The translations under genes were made by a program, and so were the position numbers. This document shows, in pieces, positions 37,268 to 46,482 of a stretch of 64,000 nucleotides of DNA. The notes below the pieces were generated by a model. The model made no database searches, was not told the origin of the DNA, and saw only the letters and a list, made by a program, of their open reading frames with translations. The first letter of the stretch is position 1, and every line of letters starts with the position of its first letter. Location: assembly GCF_056746865.1 (NCBI RefSeq), contig NZ_CM163382.1, one strand, 5' to 3'.

Positions 37268-38154
37268 TGCCACTGCTGGATAAGCTGCGTGAGCAGTACG
37301 GGGTCGGACCGGTATGCAGCGAACTGCATATTGCCCCGTCAACGTATTACCATTGTCAGCAACAGCGACATCATCCGGATAAACGCAGTGCCCGTGCGCA
37401 GCACGACGACTGGCTGAAGAGAGAGATACAGCGCGTATACGATGAAAATCATCAGGTGTACGGTGTGCGTAAAGTCTGGCGTCAGTTGTTACGGGAAGGA
37501 ATCAGGGTGGCCAGATGTACAGTGGCACGTCTCATGGCGGTTATGGGACTTGCCGGTGTTCTCCGGGGTAAAAAGGTCCGTACGACCATCAGCCGGAAAG
37601 CCGTTGCCGCAGGCGACCGCGTAAACCGTCAGTTCGTGGCAGAACGACCTGACCAGCTGTGGGTGGCTGATTTTACTTACGTCAGCACATGGCAGGGCTT
37701 CGTCTATGTGGCGTTTATCATTGATGTGTTTGCCGGATACATCGTGGGGTGGCGGGTCTCATCGTCTATGGAAACGACATTCGTGCTGGATGCGCTGGAG
37801 CAGGCGTTGTGGGCCCGTCGTCCGTCTGGCACCATCCATCACAGCGATAAAGGCTCTCAGTATGTGTCACTGGCCTATACGGAGCGACTAAAAGAAGCCG
37901 GATTACTGGCATCAACAGGGAGTACAGGCGACTCGTATGACAACGCGATGGCTGAGAGCATCAATGGTCTTTACAAAGCGGAGGTAATACACCGTAAGAG
38001 CTGGAAAAACCGTGCAGAAGTGGAACTGGCCACACTAACGTGGGTGGACTGGTATAACAATCGACGATTGCTGGGAAGGCTGGGCCATACTCCTCCGGCA
38101 GAAGCAGAAAAAGCTTATTATGCTTCCATCGGAAACGATGATCTGGCAGCCTGA
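37264..38154 (+). CDS. IS629 OrfB (DDE integrase-fold transposase)
   Basis: 296-aa ORF with [17 protein letters not shown] and the [11 protein letters not shown] region. Confidence 0.9.
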   Translation: MMPLLDKLREQYGVGPVCSELHIAPSTYYHCQQQRHHPDKRSARAQHDDWLKREIQRVYDENHQVYGVRKVWRQLLREGIRVARCTVARLMAVMGLAGVLRGKKVRTTISRKAVAAGDRVNRQFVAERPDQLWVADFTYVSTWQGFVYVAFIIDVFAGYIVGWRVSSSMETTFVLDALEQALWARRPSGTIHHSDKGSQYVSLAYTERLKEAGLLASTGSTGDSYDNAMAESINGLYKAEVIHRKSWKNRAEVELATLTWVDWYNNRRLLGRLGHTPPAEAEKAYYASIGNDDLAA

Positions 38155-38923
38155 GTTCACAGATAAAACACTCTCCAGGAAACCCGGGGCGGTTCAATAT
38201 GTGCTGATTAGTTCCGATACGAGACCGGAACAAGAAGTCTTTATTGTGCAAATAATCAAGCTTTATCAATGCAGCAATAGCTTCTCTTGTTCCTTTGGTT
38301 ATCTCAAATTGCACAGGGCTACCGGTTTTCTGTTGCAACACCGTTGCTCTGCTTGAAACCAAGCGACCATATGCCACATCAGATACTTTGAGTTTGACCA
38401 GATCACAGCCTCGAAGCTTACTGTCCAGGGCCATATTGAACAGAGCTAAATCGCGCGTTTTGCCTTCCAGTTCAAGCCGGATTCGGGTCCCCCAGATATG
38501 AGATATCTGAAGTGGTCTTTTTTGGCCGATGATACGGTCTTTGTTCCACGGTGACGTGTTCATACTCAAATCTCCTGCAATGTGGGAGATTTGAGTATGG
38601 TTGTCCCTTATGAGCGCAGGCTGTGTGAAAACACTCACCAAATACTAAAATGTATGAGGTTATGCAAAATCTGGAATCAATCAGCTGATTATCAGAGTCG
38701 AATTTTACGTAGGGAAGATATTTTCAGCTCTGTTTTAGGCCATTTCTGCACTCAAAAACGTTTTCACACAGCCGCGGTCAGATCGCAATCTTGCACCACA
38801 ATCTGGTACGAGTCAGGCAAGCATTTGGGGTGAAAGCCTGTCCTGAGTGAGAATCTAACCAAGCATTGTGTTATGTTTAACAACTGGAGTAGACTACAAA
38901 ATCAATTAATTAAGGATCTTGAG

Positions 38924-39799
38924 ATGACTATAGCCGCAGCTTGGGTAAGAACTTTAAGAAATTGCAAAGAATTGATTGTAGTATCAGATAGTAGATTAAA
39001 TGGTGGTATGAAAATGGATTGTGGGCAGAAGATAATAACTCTGCCTCGTTCAGATGCTTTCATATGTTTCGCAGGTGATACTAGTTGGGCATATCCTTTG
39101 ATGCATCAAGTGGCATCAGCAATTGATATATATGATCGTTGCTCCTCACGAGCCCAAGATATTAAAGAACTCAAAACCCATATTCTTAAAATTTTTGAAC
39201 GACTGAGAGAGCAAATTCACGATGCCATAGGTGACATGGATATACCCGATGCAAAATTCATATTCGGGGGATATTCATGGATAAGAAAAAAATTCATGAT
39301 TTGGCACATCACCTACCAAAAGAGTACCAACTCTTTTCGTGCGGATCCTGCACGTGAAATATATGGATCACCTGTTGTATTTACTGGTGATGAAGAACAT
39401 GTAATTGTAGCTAATGCTATGCTTCGTGAAAAATTAAAATCAAGAGGGAAGCTGGATAATTTAGAAAAAGGCATGAAAAATACTGTTAAATTTGAATGAG
39501 AACCATTTGAAGTTATTCGAGACATGTTTTACAAAGTTAATGAAAGTTCTTATGAATTTAAAAACTCATCAATTGGAGGCGCGCCCCAAATCCTAAAAAT
39601 CTATGAACATTTATCAAGTCAAAAACTTGGTGTTCTGTGGAAGAACAGGATGGATAGTGAACCGAACATATATTTATCTGGCCGGAGGCTTACTAATTAT
39701 GGTCCGCGAGATATGTGGATACTAGACCCTGAAAAACTGATAACGTACAATCCATTGAAAAGTAATCCTGATAAGGAGGTAATTAATCAATTCATTTAA
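38924..39799 (+). pseudogene. HslV/proteasome-beta-like Ntn-hydrolase family protein with an in-frame TGA (39497-39499)
   Basis: MTIAAAWVRTLRNCKELIVVSDSRLNGGMKMDCGQKIITLPRSDAFICFAGDTSWAYPLMHQV parallels the HslV/proteasome pattern (N-terminal Thr after Met, then ..vvia.D.r.t.g......Ki..l.....i.faG...da). ORFs 38873-39499 and 39524-39799 are in the same frame and separated only by TGA. Confidence 0.55.
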
Positions 39800-40131
39800 T
39801 CCTTCGGGCATTTAATTATACTTTATTAAAGATACAATTATTATATTTGCATTTTTAATTTTTATGACAGTTGTAAACAAAACTGTTAAGCATTGTGAAG
39901 AGAACGGGGCAATGAAAAAAAGCCGAGCTGTATTTCGTAGCCCCATCCCCTGACCAATATTTTGAAATCAGGATATTTCGATAGCTAAAACTCGTACAGG
40001 TACGTCTTTGGTGTTTTGTACTGAGCGACTAAGAGCAAATTCGGCAACAGAAATTTTTTGAATATCCTCGAAGCTTGTCAGTGTTATTATTACCCCTTGC
40101 TCAAAAACCAGTTATTTCTCGTGTCCTGTAT

Positions 40132-40470
40132 CTATATCTTCACTGTTAAAGAAAAAACTTTTGAATGTGGTTCACTAACCCGAAGTACAAATAGTTCAAT
40201 TGCATTATTACGATATGCCCTATCATGCCACTGTGGAACTCCCATCGCGATATTGGGACATAATGTTGTTGACAATGGCCGAGTGGTTTCAAACATAGCG
40301 CCGTATTTATATTCAGCGGGCCACTTTCCGCCATGAAATAGATATTGACCTGGCATCATCGGCCTACCACTTAAGCGAATTGCTTCTGATACTGCCTTTA
40401 GATCACAGCAATAAGTATCTCCTTGATATTCTGCAATCGGCTTAGGTGTAGTTTCTGGCATGTAAGACAA
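40132..40470 (-). CDS. hypothetical 112-aa protein
   Basis: ORF in a low-GC block. It contains YLFHGG and PLSTTL, a weak resemblance to ADP-ribosyltransferase motifs 1 and 2, but no clear third motif. The start is uncertain (TTG 40470 or ATG 40461). Confidence 0.35.
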   Translation of the reverse strand: MSYMPETTPKPIAEYQGDTYCCDLKAVSEAIRLSGRPMMPGQYLFHGGKWPAEYKYGAMFETTRPLSTTLCPNIAMGVPQWHDRAYRNNAIELFVLRVSEPHSKVFSLTVKI

Positions 40471-40941
40471 CCACGAAGGGTGTTGCTTTATAGCGTCTTC
40501 GATACCGGTATCGCCTTCGGTTGTTAGTGTGTATTAGATAAGCATGTTTTTCCGCCCGGAAATTTAAAGAGAGTGAATTATTCGACAGAAACGCTCACTT
40601 CTGGAAACGAACGACAAGCATATAACGTCCACCAAAGCCTCAACCAACACGCAAAACCCAGCCCCCAACAATCAACTTAAAAATCAATCGGATATTAAAA
40701 TCCCTTCCATATCAACTTCATCACCACTCTTTTTGCGCCTTCCCCTTCGCGCAAAAAATCAAAATCCTCAACAAACCCAATCACCTACCCCACCAATTAC
40801 AAGGACGCCAGCCAATCATGATTGGACGGTGCAAGGACAACACCAACAAAAACAGGAAGTTAGCAGTCTCAGCAAGACACCGACCAGACGGTGAGGAGAC
40901 ATAAAAGGATACGCAAAGGAGCCGCGGCTCCTGGTGATATG

Positions 40942-40966
40942 AAAGCCCACAGATGTGGGCTTTTTC
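40942..40966. terminator. hairpin with a T5 run on the plus strand, directly after the autotransporter stop on the minus strand
   Basis: AAGCCCAC-aga-GTGGGCTT followed by TTTTC at 40961-40965 (the first T is shared with the stem). On the minus strand the stem is followed by TTTCATAT. Confidence 0.55.
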
Positions 40967-40974
40967 GTTGATGG

Positions 40975-43900
40975 TCAGAACGACCAGTTCACACCAGCCA
41001 CCGCGTTCCACGGGGATTCCACACCGGCACCATGGCTATACCCCACCCCGAGATGTCCGCTTAACGTACTGCTGAATGAGGCTTTAATACCTGCCTGGTA
41101 TATTCCACGTCTGCCCGACAAATCATTGACGAAATTACCGTCATTATTCACCTTCACCCGGTTATCATCGACAAATTCTTTGCGCACAGCCGCCTTCAGC
41201 CACGGCTCAATTTCCATACCGTTCCCCAGACGCATGTTGTAACTCAGCGTTGCGCCCAGTTCACGATATATACTGCGGGTATCGACTGATTTCGATTCCA
41301 TGCCATTGGATAAATGATATTCGGGGTTATCAGCGGTGAACCCCGTTAACGATGCATACGGCGTCAGGTTCCAGTTACCATCCGTAAATCGCATCCCGGT
41401 TTCAATGTGACCGCCCAGCCCGTTGCTGCGATAACTGCCGTTGGCGGCTCCACCGCTGCTCATTTTACCGGCTACGTTACTTTCAAAGCGGTTCAGCTTC
41501 ACGATACCGTCCAGATAGAAACCACTTTCATGTTCCCAGCTGGCATAGCCCCCCAGAGAATAACTGCCCACACTGCCATGTCCTCCACGATCAAAACCAA
41601 TATGTGAATGGGAATAACCCATAAAAGCGCCCAGCGTCGCAATCCCCTCAGGAATATCATTACGGCTATCGATCCCCACCGTCATTCCGGTCAGCGTCTG
41701 CTCAAACCCGGCACCCGCATCGGTGGTGACATTATTACGGGTGTTATACGTCGTCCCCCAGACATTATTGTTGTGTGGACTCGCTTTCATTATGTTCAAC
41801 CGCTCGCGAATACTGTTTAGCTCAGCATCAAAGACCAACGGTAATGTTGCTGCCATATTGAGTACGGCTGCTGTAGAAGGCGTGATGCGATTCTCCGGGA
41901 CGGGTGTCGGCGTTGGAGCGGGAGTCGGGTCTGGTTTCGGATCCGGTTTTGGGTCTGGTTTTGGATCCGGTTTCGGATTTGGGTTGGGGTCCGGGTTGGG
42001 TTTGACATCATTGGTCAGGTTCCAGTTGCTGTTGCCGTCGCTTTTCAGGACATACTCATAGGTCCCAAGATCAACGAAACCGCCGGTATTACCCAGCGTA
42101 AACGAAGCATCCCCTCCCCCTGTTTTCACCAGCGTCATCGCGTCGTCAGACTGAGGGCTGACGCCGGTATCCTGAACAAAGATTTTAAAATTGCCAGTGG
42201 CGTTGTTGTTGACGACCAGTTGATCGCCCCGGGAGTCTGCAACGTTGGTATGCAGGTAGAAATTACCGCTGCCGGAAAGTTCACTGGTGGTCAGCGTATT
42301 GTAGATACCGTTAGTTGTGGCAGGCGCTGCTGTTTGTGCTGATAAATAAACATCACCGTCGTTGAGGAGTAAACTGTTTACTCTATATTCGCAGTTGCTG
42401 GTGCCTGCACAGGAATTATTGCTGTTAAGCCAGACACTGCCCCGACTGGCAGCCGTCAGGTCGGCAAGCGTCGTATCGACGCCATTTCCGATAGTTAATG
42501 TCGCGCTATCGGTAATCCGGACCACCCCTTCAAGTTTAACTGGCGTAACATTATCCCGTGGCGTCATTAACGACAGGCTTCCTGTCGCGCCACTGACCGA
42601 TGCATCCGCCAGCGTACCTGCGTAGACGATTGCCGTCCCGCCAGCGATCAGTAGATCTTCTGCCCGGGCCAGAGCCTGAAACTCATCTTTTGACCGACCG
42701 AGGGTATATTGCCCACCGGAATTAACCTTTGTGGCGAAGTCCTGACCCAGGTTTTGCATTGCCCCACCGTTGCCAACCGTGGAATCGCGAGCTTCGGTAC
42801 CTGCTAATACCAATAAATTACCGCCATTTTCCAGCAGCACATTGGTCGCTAAATTTCCGGCAATGGAAAAGGTGCCGTACTGGTGAGTACCGCTGATTTC
42901 AATACCGTTAGCCGTGCTCGTCTGGAGAGCGGCACCGCTGTTCTGGATGATATCTGTCGCTTTGCCATTATCGTTGACTGTCAGCGTACCGCCTTCATTA
43001 ATCGTTGTTTTTACTGCCTCACCGTTAGCCGAAACTGTTTGTATTCCGCCGTCGTTAATCGTTGTCTCATTCGCCACCCCCTCGACGATTTGTTCGCCGC
43101 CGGTGAGCGTCGTGCCTGTCGCAGTGGCTTTTGTTTTGACGATCTCCCGCCCGCCCGCATTGACCTGTGTTTTGGCGGAAGTGGTGTCTGACTCCACGGT
43201 TAACACGCCGCCATTTGCCAGCAGGATATTGTTCGCCGCATCCTGCTCAATGCTGAACGCGACGCCATCAGCGCGTGTCCCTGTGACCCGCGTCGCTCTG
43301 GTGGTTGCAACCAACGCGCCCTGGCTACTTTGCTGTATCCCCGTTGCGCTGCCTTTCTCCCGCACATCGAGAGTGCCGCCTTCATTAAGCACCGAGTTTT
43401 CAGCCAGACCGCCCTCATTAACTACCTGTGAACCGCCATTAATAATGGAACCTTCCGCTGTCCCGTTTACCATAATTTGTTGTAGGCCTGAGACGATATC
43501 GGTATTGATCGCCTTACCATAATTCTGAACGGTTTGCGTACCGCCATTGATGTGCGTTTTGTCTGTTGACCCACCATCAACAATTTGTTCACCACTTTCG
43601 ATATTTGCCTCAGTGGCTAAACCATATACCGTTTGCTTGCCACCTTTGATATTTGCTTTTTCAGAAGTGGCACTGGCATATATTGTTTGGGTACCAGCAC
43701 TATTAAGTACAGTACCAACATCTTTTCCATAAACATCCATTTTGCCGTTGGCATTAATAATCGTGTCAACTGCCCGGGAACCAGTGACGACTGTTAATGA
43801 GCCAGCGTTTTCCAGCACTACATTTTTAGCTTCTGAATTCCTGATGTAGAAAGCATCACCATAACTGTTGGTTCCTTCGATAAGTGTTCCGGAGGTCGTG

Positions 43901-45558
43901 GAAGCAATTAATGCGCCGCCGGATTGTTGCTCAACATGCTTAGCCTCACCACCGTCCTGAACCTCCAGAACGCCACCATTATTAAGTCTGGTGCTATCTG
44001 TTTTAGCCTCCTTCTGGACAATCAGCTTACCGCCAGCATCAATGGTAGTATTTTTCGCCGAGGTTTTAGCCATTACCGTCAGTTCGCCGGTATTTTCCAG
44101 CACAACATAATTAGCCTCTCCTCCGGTAATAGTGAAGTGAGAGAGCTTGTTGTATCCTTCGATATCAGTCCCTGCGCCCGTGTTGGCAACTAAAGCACTG
44201 CCCGTCTCCTGGTTAACCCCATGTGCAATACCGCCGGTATAGACAATCAGCGAGCCTCCGGCGCTAATATTGCTGCCAGTTGCCGTACCATCTTTCTCAA
44301 CAACCTGCCGGCTCCCAGAGGATATATTTGTCGTGTCAGCTTTCCCGCCGCTCTTGATATTTTGCGTTCCACTGTTGATATTGGTGCCCGTGGCAATACC
44401 ATGATTATTAATATTCTGTGTGCCACCATTAATTATGGTATTTGTCGCGTTTCCGGCAACATCCATAACGCCGCCATTATCTATTCGGGTCGCATCAGCT
44501 TTAGCATTCGTTAAAACTGACATTGTTCCTTTATCTTTAATAATCGTCTTATTTGCCGAACCATATGCGTTTATGTCTAAATGACCACCGTTTTCCAGCA
44601 ACACATTCTCTGCCACGTTATTGTGGATGGAGAATGCCCCTTCACTATTCGTACCGCTCACCGTCAAATCGTAAGTCGTTACTTTTAAAGCGGCTCCATC
44701 GTGCTGAGTAATATTAGTTGCCGTACCACCTCTAACATCAAGCACGCCGCCGGAATAAACTTCAATAACATCCGAGGAGCTCGTGTTATCAACAATTTGC
44801 GTACCACCAGAATAGATCTGCGTATTTTTTGCCGTTGACTTACTATTCAGAGACTGAGTTCCGCCTTCAATCGTCGTGTCCAGCGCACGGCTCTCATATA
44901 CTCTTTGCTCACCGCCATTTTTAATGGCGGTTGTTTCTACTGTGCTCTGTTCAACATACTGTCGCCCACCATTTATGGTTGTGTTCGTCGCCAGACTTCC
45001 TTGCGTGATGTCCTGATAACCAGACTTATTTATCGTCGTACCGTCAACATGCCCCTGAGTTGATACTGACTGGCCTCCACCATCAATGATTGTTCCATTT
45101 GCAGTCCCCCCCTCTATGCGTGAAGTACCGCCCTTAATTGTCGTGTCATTGCTGGTACCACCTTTATAAACATATTGATTGCCACTTTCGATTATCGTGC
45201 CAGTAGAAATTCCTCCGTACTCAATTGACTGTCTGCCTCCATTAATGGTTGTATTATTAGCTTGCCCGTTAATATCGGCATGGATTGATACTAGTTGCTC
45301 GCCACCAGTTTCAATAATACTACTATTAGATATCCCACCATAGACCTCCTGCCGGCCATGGTTGATAATATGTGTGTTATTTGTTGTACCTCGTTCATCT
45401 ACTCGTTGGTTGCCATCTACAGTCTCATCGTTTACCACACCAATAACATTAGTAGTGAAGGCCGCCATCCCGGGCTGGGCATATATTAAGGCAGATATCA
45501 ATAAGGAAAGTACTGAGCGGCGAAAATAATAGGGACTGGTCCTGTTCATAAATTTCAT
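40975..45558 (-). CDS. ypjA: AIDA-I/Ag43-family autotransporter adhesin (YpjA-like)
   Basis: Start chosen at MKFMNRTSPYYFRRSVLSLLISALIYAQPGMA (signal peptide); the ORF track extends to 45678. The long passenger carries degenerate about 19-aa beta-helix repeats (..TINGGxQxV..G.A..T.I..GG.), then a PDPK-rich linker, then a C-terminal beta-barrel ending AVAGVNWSF. Confidence 0.88.
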   Translation of the reverse strand: MKFMNRTSPYYFRRSVLSLLISALIYAQPGMAAFTTNVIGVVNDETVDGNQRVDERGTTNNTHIINHGRQEVYGGISNSSIIETGGEQLVSIHADINGQANNTTINGGRQSIEYGGISTGTIIESGNQYVYKGGTSNDTTIKGGTSRIEGGTANGTIIDGGGQSVSTQGHVDGTTINKSGYQDITQGSLATNTTINGGRQYVEQSTVETTAIKNGGEQRVYESRALDTTIEGGTQSLNSKSTAKNTQIYSGGTQIVDNTSSSDVIEVYSGGVLDVRGGTATNITQHDGAALKVTTYDLTVSGTNSEGAFSIHNNVAENVLLENGGHLDINAYGSANKTIIKDKGTMSVLTNAKADATRIDNGGVMDVAGNATNTIINGGTQNINNHGIATGTNINSGTQNIKSGGKADTTNISSGSRQVVEKDGTATGSNISAGGSLIVYTGGIAHGVNQETGSALVANTGAGTDIEGYNKLSHFTITGGEANYVVLENTGELTVMAKTSAKNTTIDAGGKLIVQKEAKTDSTRLNNGGVLEVQDGGEAKHVEQQSGGALIASTTSGTLIEGTNSYGDAFYIRNSEAKNVVLENAGSLTVVTGSRAVDTIINANGKMDVYGKDVGTVLNSAGTQTIYASATSEKANIKGGKQTVYGLATEANIESGEQIVDGGSTDKTHINGGTQTVQNYGKAINTDIVSGLQQIMVNGTAEGSIINGGSQVVNEGGLAENSVLNEGGTLDVREKGSATGIQQSSQGALVATTRATRVTGTRADGVAFSIEQDAANNILLANGGVLTVESDTTSAKTQVNAGGREIVKTKATATGTTLTGGEQIVEGVANETTINDGGIQTVSANGEAVKTTINEGGTLTVNDNGKATDIIQNSGAALQTSTANGIEISGTHQYGTFSIAGNLATNVLLENGGNLLVLAGTEARDSTVGNGGAMQNLGQDFATKVNSGGQYTLGRSKDEFQALARAEDLLIAGGTAIVYAGTLADASVSGATGSLSLMTPRDNVTPVKLEGVVRITDSATLTIGNGVDTTLADLTAASRGSVWLNSNNSCAGTSNCEYRVNSLLLNDGDVYLSAQTAAPATTNGIYNTLTTSELSGSGNFYLHTNVADSRGDQLVVNNNATGNFKIFVQDTGVSPQSDDAMTLVKTGGGDASFTLGNTGGFVDLGTYEYVLKSDGNSNWNLTNDVKPNPDPNPNPKPDPKPDPKPDPKPDPTPAPTPTPVPENRITPSTAAVLNMAATLPLVFDAELNSIRERLNIMKASPHNNNVWGTTYNTRNNVTTDAGAGFEQTLTGMTVGIDSRNDIPEGIATLGAFMGYSHSHIGFDRGGHGSVGSYSLGGYASWEHESGFYLDGIVKLNRFESNVAGKMSSGGAANGSYRSNGLGGHIETGMRFTDGNWNLTPYASLTGFTADNPEYHLSNGMESKSVDTRSIYRELGATLSYNMRLGNGMEIEPWLKAAVRKEFVDDNRVKVNNDGNFVNDLSGRRGIYQAGIKASFSSTLSGHLGVGYSHGAGVESPWNAVAGVNWSF
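41921..42003. repeat. short tandem repeat encoding the Pro-rich linker PNPDPNPNPKPDPKPDPKPDPKPDP of the autotransporter
   Basis: Reiterated GGATCCGGTTTTGGGTCTGGTTTT-type 12-bp units read directly. They also create a spurious plus-strand GSGFGSGFG ORF. Confidence 0.7.
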
Positions 45559-45957
45559 CCTCTGAAAAGTGAATACTGAGTAGCGTTTAAGCGACCTTAG
45601 CTTTGCTGCAACATCAGCCCACAGGCACCAGACCAGGGGATTCATCCTGAAGAGACAGCGCAAGTGTATTGTGTTCACCGCTCATCAAAGACATCATGAT
45701 GAAATGATGATATTCCGCATAAGAATGAGGCATTTTTTTAAGACATTGTGCTGAAGGATGATTGGATAAAAAAGTCAATCTTTTCAGGAAATACGGCGTA
45801 TTCTTTTCTTTCGACATTGAAGCCATCGGAAAAATAAAATGATTTACATAATCGTTTCTGATGAATATCTTCTGCTCACATAAAAATCACACAATAACAT
45901 TGAGATTGCAGATTGTTTTACTTTTACAGCTTTCGTCCCCTCATTGTTGGGCAAATA

Positions 45958-46072
45958 TTGGTAGAGTCAGAGCACGAAAGTTAATACCACGTTCGCACAG
46001 CTCCTCCAACAGCACGGCAAGATGCCGCATACTGCGCCCCAGTAGGTTCAGTTTGCAGACAACCAGTGTGTC
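45958..46072 (-). pseudogene. pinH: serine invertase/resolvase (Pin-like) fragment
   Basis: The minus strand translates DTLVVCKLNLLGRSMRHLAVLLEELCERGINFRALT. This matches Pin residues about 57-93 ([37 protein letters not shown]). No N-terminus or C-terminus is present. Confidence 0.7.
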
Positions 46073-46215
46073 ACCTACCGATAATGTCCTGAGCCGTTTG
46101 TTCAGTCCGGCCCTGCTGCCACGGTTTTACGTTGAAGTGGTAACCCTGAGCACGCAGTTCATCAGTCAGGCATGGTGCACCATAACGCTGTTGTTGCTGG
46201 GTAAGATCAAAAAAC
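46073..46215 (-). pseudogene. IS3 OrfB fragment
   Basis: The minus strand translates [23 protein letters not shown], then loses frame. This matches IS3 Ins[29 protein letters not shown]. Confidence 0.65.
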
Positions 46216-46482
46216 TTTCAGGCAGCTAAGGAAAGTTGAATCAGACATTAGATGAAATATTTCAACCAATTACAGCACCAATTTAAACTCAGTAAATCAC
46301 AGCGCAGATCAAGGGGTTACGTGAAAGCGTAGCCCCTTTTTCTTTGGTAGTAGCAGCAAAATGGTTGTAGTGTAAAAAATAATCCCGTTTAATCAATCAA
46401 TAATACATATTGTTTCAATCTACGTTATTATCTCTTTGTAAAACCTGCAGTTTATTTATCATTGAAAACTGCTTTTAGAACT

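Larger units (their letters stand above)
36887..38196 (+). mobile_element. IS629 (IS3 family), complete 1310 bp copy
   Basis: Ends TGAACCGCCCCGG... and ...CCGGGGCGGTTCA form terminal inverted repeats. The length is 1310 bp. It is flanked by a 3-bp direct duplication, ATA at 36884-36886 and 38197-38199. The OrfA sequence [30 protein letters not shown] is recognised as IS629/IS1203. Confidence 0.92.
36648..38563 (-). pseudogene. small (about 200 aa) tyrosine recombinase gene interrupted by IS629
   Basis: The N-terminal part (38563-38197) reads MNTSPWNKDRIIGQKRPLQ...FRSRIGTNQHI. The C-terminal part (36886-36648) reads STLQYNRIFHGW...RSMRRTKPTLIY..VIQLLLGHKKLESTVRYLGIEVDD..ESIEV. Removing the IS and one ATA copy restores a single frame. 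Confidence 0.85.

Noticed and set aside
23311-39499. Reading the two in-frame TGA codons (23311-23313 and 39497-39499) as selenocysteine or programmed recoding
   Set aside because: I saw no SECIS-like hairpin immediately downstream of either codon. Neither protein family is known to me as a selenoprotein. Nonsense mutation, or TGG-to-TGA at the second site, is the simpler explanation.
41723-42061. Plus-strand ORF encoding GSGFGSGFGSGFG repeats
   Set aside because: It is the antisense reading of the Pro-rich linker repeat of the autotransporter gene.
45614-45826. 70-aa minus-strand ORF upstream of the autotransporter
   Set aside because: It overlaps the extended upstream frame of the autotransporter, and has no ribosome-binding site or motifs.
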